In this document: piece by piece, positions 28,035 to 40,868 of the stretch
How positions within the stretch are numbered: position 1 is the stretch's first letter
Layout of the letters: every line of letters begins with the position of its first letter
Origin: Octopus vulgaris
Lineage: Eukaryota
DNA length: 64,000 nucleotides
Assembly (NCBI GenBank): GCA_951406725.2
Contig: OX597825.1
Coordinates: 24,738,001-24,802,000, forward strand
Reading direction: 5' to 3'
The notes under the pieces: model-generated
Told to the model about the DNA's origin: nothing
Database searches by the model: none
What the model saw: only the letters and a program-made list of their open reading frames with translations
Program-made: the position numbers and the translations under genes

Positions 28035-28459
28035 TATACATATACACAAACAATCAGAACACGGATTTATAACATCTGCACTGCACATAATATATAATTG
28101 TGCATATGCAGATATGCGTATATACACATACACACATCGTATCTCCTTCATGTACACACACAAATGCACATACATTACCCTAAATACACATATACACAAT
28201 CACTTTACACATGACATATATAATGAGAAGTAATCTAAACAAAAAAAAATGAGTTTATAGCCAACAGAAACATCCTTTTATGGTTTGAAAACTATTTTTC
28301 ATTCTTTCATTTGTTTTTCTCAATTTCCTTCTCATGACAAAAAAATATTTCAAGATTCTACACCCTTGGCCCACTGTTTACATATCTACACTCTTGCACC
28401 ACAGTCGTGTATTGAGTATTGAACACTTTTATGGTTTTTGTACTTTATACATAAACAAG

Positions 28460-28461
28460 CA

Positions 28462-28509
<48 letters not shown>

Positions 28510-28515
28510 ACATAC

Positions 28516-28560
<45 letters not shown>

Positions 28561-28587
28561 CATAAATATATATATATATATACATAA

Positions 28588-28665
<78 letters not shown>
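28460..28665. repeat. (TA)n-rich microsatellite (representative of dozens in the window)
   Basis: Direct observation. Confidence 0.95.
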
Positions 28666-28667
<2 letters not shown>

Positions 28668-29339
28668 CTGCGATCCATGGCTGAACTATTTTTTCGATAT
28701 TTTAAGCTGGTTTTATATATATTGGAATAATTTCATTCTTCTGTGTGTGGCTACCACTTTCTTTGGCCAGTTTCCAATTATTTTGCTAAGATGGTGCTTT
28801 TGCTAGTTGTTACTTTTCAATTGCCAATTCGGTAATTTTCTATCTCCATTGATAAACTTCGCTATTGCATCCGGATCATCCGAATTGCTCAGTTTTCGGT
28901 TCAGGGCTTTTGATCCACTGTCGTGTTGTTGGATTTTATTTGCCAATTCGGTGATTTTTCCACCTTCAAGAGTAAGTAATGTAGTCAGGAACATTAGTGA
29001 GAGAATAATCATGTTATCTCCTACTAAGTAATATTCTACAATGACGCTGTAACATTGACGAGGTTCAAAGAAAAATTACAATTCGTATCCAAAACCACGC
29101 AAATGAACCACAAACAGAACAAAACCAAATTCAGCTTGACCTCCTGCATAAATATACTGACCTAAGAGGTACATAACTTCCCAAACTAACCACAGAACAT
29201 TTCTCAATTGACCATTAAGCTACTGAAAAGGAAAAATATAAAATATATTTACAGCTACACAAAAGACCAAAATTTCACCTAGCATGTTATGAATAACAAA
29301 GTATTCAGAAACTCACAATCCACAGCCGAAATGGATGCA

Positions 29340-29720
29340 ACTTCAATGGATCAAAACGTTTCTTATTCAGTGGATATTGCTTTAGAGATAAGTAACCTAC
29401 GAGGCAACAACACTACAAACAAAAAACTTAACGACGAAAATTATATCGGAGCAACAGAGATACGTTTAAGCCCACAGAACATACATATCTATGAATAGAA
29501 GAAGCATAACGTCTCAGTCAAAGTATATTTTGGGTATAGGTGTGAAAATATCAATATAGATATAAACTGGGCTATAAAAGACAACCCTACGTCTTACGTA
29601 ATTGATTTCAGGACATGCTTCCTGTGCACCGCAGAAAATTCCACATAGGTTCTTTAGAAAATATATTCATTCAACAGAAGAAATGTAGTGGTATTACTTC
29701 ACAGTTAACAAAATAATTTT
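29340..29720 (+). pseudogene. Decayed PLE GIY-YIG endonuclease fragment
   Basis: VSYSVDI...NYIGATE...INWAIK...Y....RTCFLCTAE matches the pattern at 47480 and 49895. Confidence 0.55.
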
Positions 29721-30991
29721 ATTTTTAATAAACTAGCTTGAATAGTAAAAGACTAACTGTTAGCAGCAGAAATTGCAATTGAAGCAGGATAACACTGTCT
29801 CCAACGCAACCACATAGCAAAGTAATGAATGAATTATAAATTGTAGAAAAGAATGATTTAGAGACACCAAAAACAAAATGCAGGAATCAAAGAAGACGAT
29901 GACAATAAAATTTTAGCAAATTCAGACACAGGCAAAATTAAATGAACAGAATAGCGATTTGGGGAAATAATATATCATAATGAAATAAATATTATAACAA
30001 TTCTAGTAAAATAGGATATTTACCTGTAAAGTTAGAAAAACCAGCGAATTGGCCAAAAAAAACCTTCAACACGACTACGCCAAAGTTTTGGTGCGCCCAG
30101 GATGACCAATACAGAATAAATACAGACATCAAAGATAAGAAAGTCAGAAAAGAAATTCAATAAAATCAGATGCTCAGTAACTAATTTTAACGAAACAGGA
30201 CATAATAATGAAATCTGTCGACTGAGGTGTTACACAGAACTGACCAATGAAAAGTCAACAATGCAACAAGCAAAATGCCACGAATCAAAAAACAATCTGC
30301 AGAAATTGGATAAAATGGTGAAATCAAGCAATGAAGATGGAAAAACTGACAGAGTGAAATTTGAAACGAAACAACATTCGCAAACACCACCGTAATTGAA
30401 AAAAAAATAGTGTTTAAAAGAAAACAACTGGTCAATGAAGATGATAGCCAAATACAGATAACTGACCTTGTTCCAATGTATATAAAACGAGCTTGAAATG
30501 TGGAATAGAAACAGTTCGTTAAAGAACGCAGTGCCATGAAACTCGAGTCACAAGAAAAAGAATTCAGTTTAAATAAACAATTTACTCTACACTGTATATT
30601 GAGTACTCTCTTCTTTTATTATGCATATATATATATATACTATTACCAGCAGCTGCTAGATGATTTTCGTCTGCTCCAGATTTATATTGTGTGTTTTTAA
30701 ACATAGCACGTCAATAAGAAATATTATCTCCGAATGAATTCTGCAGTAAATTTGCTTTTTTGCAGGGTGTTTTCGTTAAATATGTCACACAGATATTGTC
30801 TTTATTGCAAATAATGGATTTTTATTCAAGGGGGCAACACCGGTGATTGTTTATTTGCTGTTTACCTTTATCAGATGAGATAAATTTCATTTTAGCAGGC
30901 AGCTGGCTCTCGGCGAGGTCGAAATACGCATCTATCATACTCACCGATTACTCAGTGCTGGACGATTTTCGTCTGCTACCGATAGATAGAT

Positions 30992-31072
<81 letters not shown>

Positions 31073-31237
31073 TTGGTAGGTAGGTAGGTAGGTAGGTAGG
31101 TAGGTAGGTAGGTAGGTAGGTAGGTAGGTAGGTAGGTAGGTATGTAGGTAGGTACAGAGGTTGGATAAAATAATAGAAAGACCTTAACATTTCAAACAAA
31201 TTTATTATAATATGAGGCAGTAATTACAGCTTGAATT

Positions 31238-31292
31238 AAGTTAAGTTAAGTTAATTTTTTGGCTCAAAAAGCAAAAGCAAGGCCATGCAGGG
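31238..31292 (-). mobile_element. 55-bp 5'-truncated retroposon end with (AACTT)n tail, inserted in the transposase
   Basis: Flanked by GAATT duplication (31233-31237 and 31293-31297); removing it restores IPRRIQAVITA. Confidence 0.7.
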
Positions 31293-31297
31293 GAATT

Positions 31298-32292
31298 CTA
31301 CGAGGTATGGATTCGTACAAAGTTTGAATTGTTTCCAAAGGAATATTTGTCCTTTCTTCAGCTAAAACTGTCTCCAGTTCTTGTAGTGATGATTGTGGAG
31401 GATATCGACTCCTTACTTGTTTTTCTAAAATGCACCATAAATGTTCAATAATATCGAGATCTGGGGACTGTGGTGGCCAGATCAGATGTTCAGCTTTACT
31501 AGAATGTTCCTCATGCCATTCAATAACAACTTTAGCTGTGTGAATTGGTGCATCGTCATCCTGAAAGATCGCGTTTCCCAACGGAAACAGTTCCGCAACC
31601 ATAGGATGAATTTGATCTGATGAAATGCTTAAATAGTCTTGACTATTAATTTTGCCATGAAGGGAAACCAAGATTCCCAAGATATAGCCCCCCACCTCAC
31701 CCCCACCCCTTCAGATCATCACAGATCCTCCTCCATGTTTAACAGTTGGAAGAAGGCAGTCTGGGTCAAATGCTTCTTTTGGTTGTCTCCACACGTATAC
31801 TCGGCCGGTGGTCAGAAATAAGGTAAAAGATGACTAGTCCGACAAAATAACATTCTTCCACTGCTCTAAAGATCAATTCTGTAGGTTTTTACTCCACCCT
31901 AAACGCTTTGCAACATTTGTTTTTGGAAGTAGTGGTTTTCTGATTGCAGACCTGCTGTGAAATCCGGGTTTGCGCAGCTCCCGGCGAACAGTTTTCGTGG
32001 AAACTGGGTTCTCGAGGTGGTCATTAAGCTTTGCAGTAATTATGGGAGCTGTACTTTTGTGATTCTTCCTAACAATTCGCGTAAGAGTTCGACGGTCCCT
32101 AGCTGAAAGATTTGGTTTTCTTCCAGAGTATTGTTTCGACGTGGAGGTTTTTCCCTCTTTCTCAAAGGCTGTCATTACTTTCGAGACAGCACTTCTTGAT
32201 ACACCAAACATTTCGACTGTTTTCGTTACGCTAGCGCCTGCCATACGAGCACCAACAATTTGAACTCTTTGAAAGTCCGATAGACCTGTCAT
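31298..32292 (-). pseudogene. Disrupted Tc1-family transposase (paired-like HTH, SGRKP motif, QDDDAPIH...SPDLDIIE with 36-residue D-E spacing)
   Basis: ORFs 31873-32292 and 31264-31695; premature TGA after LQN; C-terminus interrupted by a 55-bp insertion. Confidence 0.9.
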
Positions 32293-32611
32293 TTTAATGA
32301 ATTTTAATTACCTTTTTCTGATGATATCTGATAAGAAACAGCAATTATAGCAAAACATATCAAGCAACACTAATAATAACCCCCCCACCAAAAAAAAAAA
32401 AAAGCTTTTGACGGTTTTATCGATATTTCAAAATTATGATGCTAGGTGTTTCCATTATTTTGTCCAACCCCTGTAGATAGATAGAAATAGTGTTTTTTTA
32501 ATACAGCACGCCCATACGATATATTGTCTCTGAATGAATATCACAGTAAAATTACTTTTCCGTAATGTATTTACGTCAAGTGTATACACAAATGGATATA
32601 TGTGAGTGTGT

Positions 32612-32667
<56 letters not shown>

Positions 32668-32894
32668 TATATGTATGTATATGATCGAATCTGAATATGC
32701 ATAAATTGCAACTTGGAGTTTTTCGCTTTCCAGTCTGTAAATTTAAAGGATTCTATACATTAAACCTATCTCAAGTAGCCTTTGCCTGGTAACGTAGAAA
32801 ATCCAAGTTTTGTAGTTGAATGGCACCAGTTTTGCAGTACAGAAGAACTTGACGAGAAAATACTGATTACATACATACGCATACATACACAACG

Positions 32895-32896
<2 letters not shown>

Positions 32897-32982
<86 letters not shown>
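32897..32982. repeat. (TG)n microsatellite
   Basis: Direct observation. Confidence 0.95.
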
Positions 32983-32984
<2 letters not shown>

Positions 32985-33799
32985 TAAACAAGAATAAAGC
33001 GAATGGATAGTTTCAACATCATCTTTATTCCAAATATGAATGTATTGCGAAACGTCATTGATAACATTCAACAAATTCCAATTGTCATATTACTGGCAAA
33101 GCATTTTGCTAAAATATTCGGCGAGTTATCACTTGGAAAATATTCGGCAGAACATCAACTGAAGAAAGGGTGGTCAGGTAACAATACGAATTTACATAAT
33201 GCTACCTGTGAAGCTATGCAATGTACTCGTATTTGGAATAATCACGCTTTTGAAACGAGCGTAGTGATCTCTGAAGTATACGTTTTATTGTTTTTTTACT
33301 GAATATTACACTGCGTAAAATATTCCAATTATTCCTTTGATATACACATAGATTTGCATGATAACCGGCACCAATAAACAACTGCTTTAATTCTGTTTTA
33401 GCGTTGATCTGACCATTCGAATAATTGGAATACATACATATCTTTTTTTTCTGTTTGTTTCAGAGTAATCTGTCGAGCCAAAATTACGTGAAGGTGCTCC
33501 TAGATTAATTTTCCAATATCTAAAGCGATCCTTTCTATTTTACTGTGTGTGTATATATGTATGTGTGTGTGTATTTATTGTATGCATGTATGTATGTATG
33601 TATGTATGTATGTATGTATGTATGTATGTATGTATGTATGTATGTACATATATACATACACACGCACGCGCACCTTCGTTTTGGGATCACCACTACTTTA
33701 TTATCTCCCCTTCTTCCTAGCTCTCCTGTCTGATCCCTCTTCCAGAATACGCCATGATAGATCGCCAACCATTACACATTCTTTATTTTCTCGCCCTGT

Positions 33800-33837
33800 T
33801 CTTTCTGTGGAAGAACGTAGGCTCGAAACGTTAAAGA
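33800..33837 (+). ncRNA. Minimal hammerhead ribozyme-like fold with variant core CUGUGGA, in a (TA)n-terminated element (~33690-33930)
   Basis: TCTTT-CTGTGGA-A-GAAC/GCTC (stem II, one mismatch)-GAAA-C-GTT-AAAGA; stem I TCTTT/AAAGA. Confidence 0.55.
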
Positions 33838-34148
33838 CTTTTTTTCACTTCGCGAGCGTTAAACTAATACATCTGTTTGTTGTCTACACCACCTGTTTTC
33901 GTCTTTTGTTGTTTTTTTTAATTCTCCCAATATATATATATATATAAAAGAGTTATTGGTCAAGGATTATCAATCCGGGCAAAATACTTCATAACCAAAA
34001 ATGGCTCTGACGAAAGTAGCATTAATTTTTTAGGTCGCTCAACTCTTCAACTTTTTTCAACTGATCAAGAGACCAATTGAGAAACCTATCAGTAACGAAC
34101 CTATAACGACTACTGAAAACAACTGCAAACCAAATTTATATATATATA

Positions 34149-34999
34149 CAGGGTGTCTCAAAAGTCATTGATGGGTTTCAATTTTTAATAACTTCCTTAA
34201 CTTTACAAATAAATGCATGAAATTTTGATACAATATAAAGGACATAATGGAAATTAATATGCACAAGTCATATTTTGCAACACCACTTACTGCATCACAT
34301 ACGAAAAATGACATCGCTTAAAAGGCAGCCATTTTCGGATTCGCACGCCCATGCTCTTTCCAAAGCTTGCACCGTAAAACCGTCAGGAATTTCAGACCCT
34401 ACTTCTTTGATTTCTCTATTGTTCTTCATTTGCATCAGGGTTGCTGGTTTGTTGATGTAAACCCTCTTTTTCAGGTATCCCCACAAGAAAAAATCCAGGC
34501 TACTCAAGTTTGGAGAACGTGAAAGCTATTCAAAGTAGACCTCATATAAGATGGGGCAATTCTCATACCGCAAGAGAAACAATGCAGTTGCTACGGCAGT
34601 GCTTTGGAGAAAGAATACTCCCCCGCTACGGCAATGTCAACTGGCCTTTGCGTTCTCTAAACTTTTCTTGTAGGGACACCTGAAAGAGAGGGTTTACATC
34701 AACAAACCAGTGACCTTGAAGAAGAACATCAATAGAAAAATCAGAGAAGTGGGGTCTGAAACTCTTGACGGTTTTATGGTGCAAGCTTTGGAAGGAGCAT
34801 GGGCGTATGAAGCCGAAAATGGCTGCCTTTTAAGCGATGCCATTTTTTCATATGTGATGTAGTGGCGTTGCAATCTTTGACTTGTGCATATTAATATCCA
34901 TTATGTCCTCTATATTGAATCAAACTTTCACGCATTTATTTGTAAAGTTAAGGAAGTTATTAAAAATTGAAACACATCAGTGACTTTTGGGACACCCTG
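34149..34999. mobile_element. Fold-back Tc1/mariner derivative made of two inverted transposase 3' ends (DDxD, maT/rosa-like), TA TSD
   Basis: TA|CAGGGTGTCTCAAAAGTCA ... TGACTTTTGGGACACCCTG|TA; ~360-bp inverted arms, the left encoding LDFFLWGYLKKRVYINKP.TL and the right a matching, partly deleted copy. Confidence 0.85.
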
Positions 35000-35063
35000 T
35001 ACATACACACATGCATGAAGAGCGTTGTAATTCGTTTCGTGCATTGTGGCACAGAAATAGAAT

Positions 35064-35362
35064 AATAAACAAAAATAGAAATAAGGAAAACTTCTAACAA
35101 TTCAGAGAAGAAAGTTGAAAAAAGAAACTTTACATATTTCAGACAGAAATGCCCATCTTCCAAAGGATACAGTCAAAGAAATGTGAGTCTACATAGATCC
35201 TGCCAACGGCTATCCAAATAACAGGATTTACGTAGACTCACATTTCTTAACCGTATCCTTTTGAAGATGGGCCTTTTTACCTGAAATAAGTTTTTTTATA
35301 AGTTTTTTCAACTTTCCTCTCTGCATTGTTACAGGTTTTTCTCCATTTCTCTTATCGTTTAC
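35064..35362. mobile_element. Degenerate fold-back element with eroded hammerhead-like cores on both arms
   Basis: AGAAATGTGAGTCTAC versus GTAGACTCACATTTCT; (T)TGAAGATGGGC...CTGAAA on + and its counterpart on -. Confidence 0.65.
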
Positions 35363-35654
35363 ATATATATAAAGTTGTTAAGACTATAAACGCTACAACA
35401 CAATTACGAACGAACATCAAAGTGGTCAAGAAAGAAAAAAAATGGAGGATGTTGTAATCATCTTGTGTCTCATTGCACACATTTTTTCTCTCTTCTTTAA
35501 TCTACGAGGGCTCCAATACGAGTTGCACAAAGATTTCGGTACGCTTAATGCAGAAAGGTTACCAGCTATTATGATCAGCCGCTGAATTTGTGAAAAAAAT
35601 CACAGCTTCATTCATATGATAATTTCAGACTTCGCTTCCGAAAGATTTTATATA

Positions 35655-36070
35655 TATTTCTTTACTACCCACAAGGGGCTAAACATAGAGAGGACAAACA
35701 AGGACAGACAAAGGGATTAAGTCGATTACATCGACCCCAGTGCGAAACTGGTACGTTATTTATCGACCCCGAAAGGATGAAAGGCAAAGTCGACCTCGGT
35801 GGAATTTGAACTCAGAACGTAACGACAGACGAAATACCTATTTCTTTATTACCCACAAGGGGCTAAACATAGAGGGGACAAACAAGGACAGACATAGGTA
35901 TTAAGTCGATTACATCGACCCCAGTGCGTAACTGGTACTTAATTTATCGACCCCGAAAGGATGAAAGGTAAAGTCGATCTCGGCGGAATTTGAACTCACA
36001 ACGTAATGACAGACGAAATACGGCTACGCATTTCGCCCGGCGTGCTAACGTTTCTGCCAGCTCGCCGCCT
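35655..36070 (-). mobile_element. SINE family B with tandemly duplicated 3' part and 15-bp TSD
   Basis: GAAAGATTTTATATA at 35640-35654 and 36071-36085; 35655-35838 repeats 35839-36022; minus-strand A box TGGCAGAAACG and B-box-like GAGTTCAAATTCC. Confidence 0.9.
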
Positions 36071-36222
36071 GAAAGATTTTATATAGCTTTGGTGGTGCCT
36101 CAGCAGAACACCTAATTTACAAGTGTCCAGCTCGCTGTGAAAGATTGTTTTGAGAATACGATCGTTTTGCTTTCGAGCCGCATAGCTACAGCAGTGAATG
36201 CCTTATATTATTAGTAATACCT

Positions 36223-36442
36223 GTCAGTAAATCGTCGAACTGGCAGAATTGTTAGCACGCCGGTCTAAATGCTCAGCGGTATTTCGCCCGTGCTACGTTC
36301 TGAGTTCAAATTCCACCGAGGTCGTCTTTGCCTATCATCCTTTCGGGGTCGATAAATTAAGTACCAGTTGAGTGCTGGGGTCGATGTAATCGACTGGTCC
36401 CCCCTCCCCCATATTTCAGGCCTTGTGCCTGTAATAGAAAGG
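36223..36442 (+). mobile_element. SINE family B (Nin-like domain) with ~16-bp TSD
   Basis: ATTATTAGTAAT(A/G)CCT on both sides; GCCT.TCATCCTTTCGGGGTCGATAAATTAAGTACC core. Confidence 0.85.
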
Positions 36443-36519
36443 ATTATTAGTAATGCCTACACACTACTTATTTTATTGTGTGATAGAACTGAAGCATTGG
36501 TTATCATGTCTTGCCAGAT

Positions 36520-37420
36520 ATTATGAATACATCGAAGAAGTTACAGTGGATAAGTCCAGTACTATACCACCAAACAGTCGCCTGAACGTTCTTTTTGAAG
36601 AGCTCGGGTTTAGGGGAGGTTTTCGGTGCTTCATTTTGGTCCAACCACTGCGAAGAACGTCTTTTCTTGTTGTACAGAATCCAATTTTATCGCAAGTTAC
36701 AAAGCGGTCGAGATACAGATCGGTCTGATTACGGACAGGAGCGACGAGCAAATTTCATATCTGCGCATTTTCCTGATTTTCATTCAAATCTTGTGGTACC
36801 CATTTGACGAGCTTTTTTAATTTTCCGATCGCATGCATATGGTTGCAGGCAGTTTTCTAGCTAACTTTAAGTTCTTTTGATGTTCCCAAGTGGTTTTATG
36901 TGGATCTTTTTCAATGACGGTTTTTAATTGACCGTCATCGATGAGAGATGGACGTCCACTACGCTCACGATCTTCAAGGCTCAGGTCTCCACTGCGAAAT
37001 CATTTAAACCATTTTCGAGCTGACACTCACTGGTCATCTCCTCACCAAACGTTTCGTTGATGGCGTGAGCAGTTTCATCTGATGTATATATCATGGGAAG
37101 TAACTTATAAGAAAACCCTAATTGTTGTCTCCGTTTCGTTAGTCTTGGAATCTTTGCAAGGAGCTGTTTTCATATTGTTCATATATATATATATATACAT
37201 AAATTTATAAATAAGGATAATATCGATATTTTAATATCGATATTATCAACTTTTTTGAAGTTGAATAGCAAAATTACTAGAATATCGCGCTTTCACAGTT
37301 CCATTTCAGATGATTGTAACAACAGTGAATAAATATCAATGTTAATTCATTGATACATTTGGGCAAGTCTATGCCTGTATTATCAGACAGTTGCAAAAAA
37401 ATGTTTAAAACAAATTCAAA
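36520..37420 (-). pseudogene. Decayed mariner transposase relic (N-terminal half), interrupted by a TA-associated element at 37081-37200
   Basis: Minus-strand LDRFVTCD (FLDRIVTCDEKW motif), LEDRERSGRPS and VPQDL (WVPH.L-like) motifs with frameshifts. Confidence 0.7.
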
Positions 37421-37602
37421 ATTCTGCAAAAATTCGGTACAAGTTCTTTATGGTTCAACACGTTGCTTACTTTTTACTCAACCTGACATTTATATATGTA
37501 GTTAATCTAAACATGAGAACACAAAGAGAAAATACAACAACGCGAGTACGTGGAACAAGTATAGTATTATTGGACGCTCAGGAAAGGAAAGAAAGAAGGA
37601 GG

Positions 37603-37637
37603 ATTTAACGTTTCGAGCGGAGCTCTTCGTCAGAAAC
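37603..37637 (-). ncRNA. Minimal type I hammerhead ribozyme, canonical core, in element ~37500-37725
   Basis: Minus strand GTTT-CTGACGA-A-GAGC TCC GCTC-GAAA-C-GTT-AAAT; palindromic AACGTT stem III; decayed sister copy at ~48980-49015. Confidence 0.7.
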
Positions 37638-37736
37638 ATAGGAAAAGGAAAAATCCAAGGAAGGGAAGACGGAGGGAAAAAAGTCGCCAACGGTACACAT
37701 GCGATCACATTTTGAATGACCGGAAATATATATACT

Positions 37737-38063
37737 CAAAATTAAGAGATATGCCCACTAAAGTGGGCACCTAATATGTTAAACATAGACGTCAAATCGC
37801 CATTACCACGAAGAGTGTGTTCTCAAGAAAAATCTCAGCAAAACGCCAAAATGTAAAATTGGTCATTTTTACATTTTGGCGTTTTGCTGAAATTTTTCTT
37901 GAGAACACACTCTTCGTGGTAATGGCGATTTGACGTCTATGTTTAGCATATTAGGTGTCCACTTTAGTGGTCATTCCTTTTAATTTTGTATGTAACACAA
38001 TTTTAAATTTTTGGTTTTTTTAAATCTGCTGAGCCACTGGTTTTAATTGATTAATATTTAATG
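37737..38063 (+). mobile_element. Asymmetric fold-back element (arms 37737-37859 and 37866-37989, tail to 38063), same family as 40351
   Basis: Near-perfect inverted arms; shares ATAGACGTCAAATCG and CCACTGGT.TTAATTGAT with the 40.3-41.2 kb element; bounded by (TA)n. Confidence 0.88.
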
Positions 38064-38094
<31 letters not shown>

Positions 38095-38121
38095 CGTATA
38101 TATATATATATATATACATAC

Positions 38122-38155
<34 letters not shown>

Positions 38156-38156
38156 G

Positions 38157-38265
<109 letters not shown>

Positions 38266-38335
38266 CATTAAATATTAATCAATTAAAACCAGTGGCTTAG
38301 CAGATTTGAAAAAAACAAAGATTTAAAATATATAT

Positions 38336-38374
<39 letters not shown>

Positions 38375-39634
38375 TACGTATATATATATATATATATACG
38401 TGCGTGAGTTGACTACGAGACCATAAGTCAGGGAGAAAATGCCCTCATATAACTGTTAGTAGAGTGGGCATATTGTCTGAATTAATAGTATTAAGTATCC
38501 ATCAGGGCTGGACGAAAGGCCAGTCTGTTGCAGAATTATTCCTTTTTGGCTGTTGAGTGGAGTGGTACAACATGAAATGAAATATTTTGTTCAAGAACAT
38601 ACACATTACTCCATCCGAGAATCGAACTGACAATCTTACAATTACGTGTGCGATACCCTAACCACGTTCTCTACAGTTAGAAGAAAGTCTTCATATAAAG
38701 CATGGCTTAATACCAAACAATTTAAATGTCAAGTACTACCAGGTATGACCTATTATAAAGCTATTCCGTTAATTAGAGTCGTTAAGGCGGTGAGTTGGCA
38801 GAATCATTAGCACGTCAGGCAAAACGTTTAGCAGTATTTTGTTTGTCTTCACGTTCTGATTTCGAATTCCACCGCGGTCGACTTTGCCTTTATCGGGGTC
38901 GATAAACTAAGATGTAATTGACTAGTCCCCTCCCCACAAATTCAGGCCTTGTGCTTATAGTAGAAATATAACTGAGTCGACTTGCTTCCATTTTTTTCTT
39001 TTTGTTTTTGTCGTCATTCAACTTAATTGGTTATATTTCCAAAACTTAATTGGTTGCAAATTATTTAAAAAATGCTTAGTTGGAACTAATATTTCATATT
39101 AGTCATATATTAGCTTAACCACAAATCATTTAAATGTCAGGTAACACTCACACTTACATTCCTTTCAAAACCCAGCTAGCATTATCCAGATTGTTATGGA
39201 AGTTAAAAACACACCAGCATCCATTACAATTTGCAATGGAATATACTGACTAAGGATAAGTTATAGGACATATCTGGATAATCGAACAGTTGATCTCTTA
39301 TATCTACAATTAATTCATTGGTTAATAAAACATACATTATAATAATGTTACCACTTTCCATTGTCACTACTCTGATTTTGCACTATCAACATGTGAAATC
39401 AGAACTTGACTTTTTCTACAAACTCAATACAACTTTGTAAAAGAATGGTTTCAAATTTTGGTGCAAGACCAACAATTTTTGAATGGAAGGGGAAGTGAAT
39501 TACATTGAAGCCAGTGTGTAACTGGTGTTTTATCAACCCCTAAATAATGAAAAGCAAAGTTGACCTCAGCAGAATGAAATGTCTCTAAGCATTCTGCCCA
39601 GCAGGAAAACAATTAAGCCAGCTCACAATTCAAA

Positions 39635-40087
39635 GATATTGTGGTTATTGACTATCTCCAAAAGGGCCACACCATCAACAGAGAGTACTATGCTAAATTG
39701 CTGAGGCAGTTACGAAAGGCTATCAAGGCGAAATGTCCAGGAAAACTGACAAAAGGGGTCTTGTTTCATCAGGGCAATGCTCTGAACTGGTTGATCAGCC
39801 TTCCTCCCTATCTTCCTGATTTGGCCCCATCTGACTATCTGTGTTCCCCAACATGAAAAAACATTTGGTTGGGTATCAGCATTACAGTGATGATGATGTC
39901 ATATCGTCTGTTGATGACTTTTTGAGCAACGGGATGAAAGCTTTTTCACCAATGGGATCCAAAAACTGCAACACCAATGGAAGAAGTATGTGGGCTTCTA
40001 AGGGGAGTATGTTGGAAAGTAGACCACATTTGGTCACATTCCATGAAAATATCTTGGTCAGCCTGTGAACTTTGCAGTCCATCACCG
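39635..40087 (+). pseudogene. Mariner transposase C-terminal relic with right TIR
   Basis: IDYLQKGHTINREYY..LL.QLR.AIK...LFHQGNA...PY.PDLAPSDY (mariner HDNA and YSPDLAPSD motifs); ends ...CACCG|TA. Confidence 0.85.
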
Positions 40088-40503
40088 TAATTATAGCCTT
40101 TTATTGTGTATACCTGAAACATCATAAGAAGAAAATTATGCAAAATCTTTACAGAGGGTTTATTTGCATCCTGGTAGTAATAATGATTGAGGTTTCTGAA
40201 ATCAGTTCTATATTATATATTACTCAGTTGGGACTTGCCCCTCACCACATGATTATTGATGTGTGTGTGTGTGTGTCTGTGTCATGTGTGTGTATAAATA
40301 TATGTGTGTATATAAATATATGTGTGTATATATATGTATATATATATATACCAATTAAGGACTGAACACGAAAAGTGGACAGTCAACATGCTAGATATAG
40401 ACGTCAAATCGTCATTCACCACAAAAGATTATGTTCTCAGATCAAACTCAACACAAAACCATAGCAATAAACAAGTGAAAAATATACGAAATAAAATAAT
40501 TAC

Positions 40504-40568
40504 CCATGTACTAACTTAGTTTCAGCTGTTATTTTCCGCAAGGAAAACTGCAGCCATCATCAGCATGG
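40504..40568 (-). ncRNA. Type I hammerhead ribozyme (mirror copy of 40869-40933)
   Basis: Exact reverse complement in the left arm. Confidence 0.8.
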
Positions 40569-40868
40569 TCCGTTATAAATGTAATTTGCTGGACTAGATG
40601 CAAACACGATACCGAAATATCGCGTGCATGGAGTTCAGCCTATTACATTTGAATATATCTTTCAAATGCCTTTACCTTGGCGCGTTGAAACCCGAGAAAA
40701 CTAGCCTGCAGCTAATAATTATTAGCTGCAGGCTAGTTTTCTCGGGTTTCAACGCGCCAAGGTAAAGGCATTTGAAAGATATATTCAAATGTAATAGGCT
40801 GAACTCCATGCACGCGATATTTCGGTATCGTGTTTGCATCTAGTCCAGCAAATTACATTTATAACGGA

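Larger units (their letters stand above)
31155..32473 (-). mobile_element. Tc1/mariner DNA transposon, DD36E (Incomer-type), ~1.3 kb with ~30-bp TIRs and TA TSD
   Basis: Left TA|CAGAGGTTGGATAAAATAATAGAAAGACCT; right AGGTGTTTCCATTATTTTGTCCAACCCCTG|TA; internal transposase. Confidence 0.93.

Noticed and set aside
28803-30540. Host exons in A-rich ORF fragments (also 33000-33435)
   Set aside because: Short, broken frames without convincing splice pairs; more likely decayed retroelement sequence that I cannot classify, apart from the GIY-YIG relic at 29340
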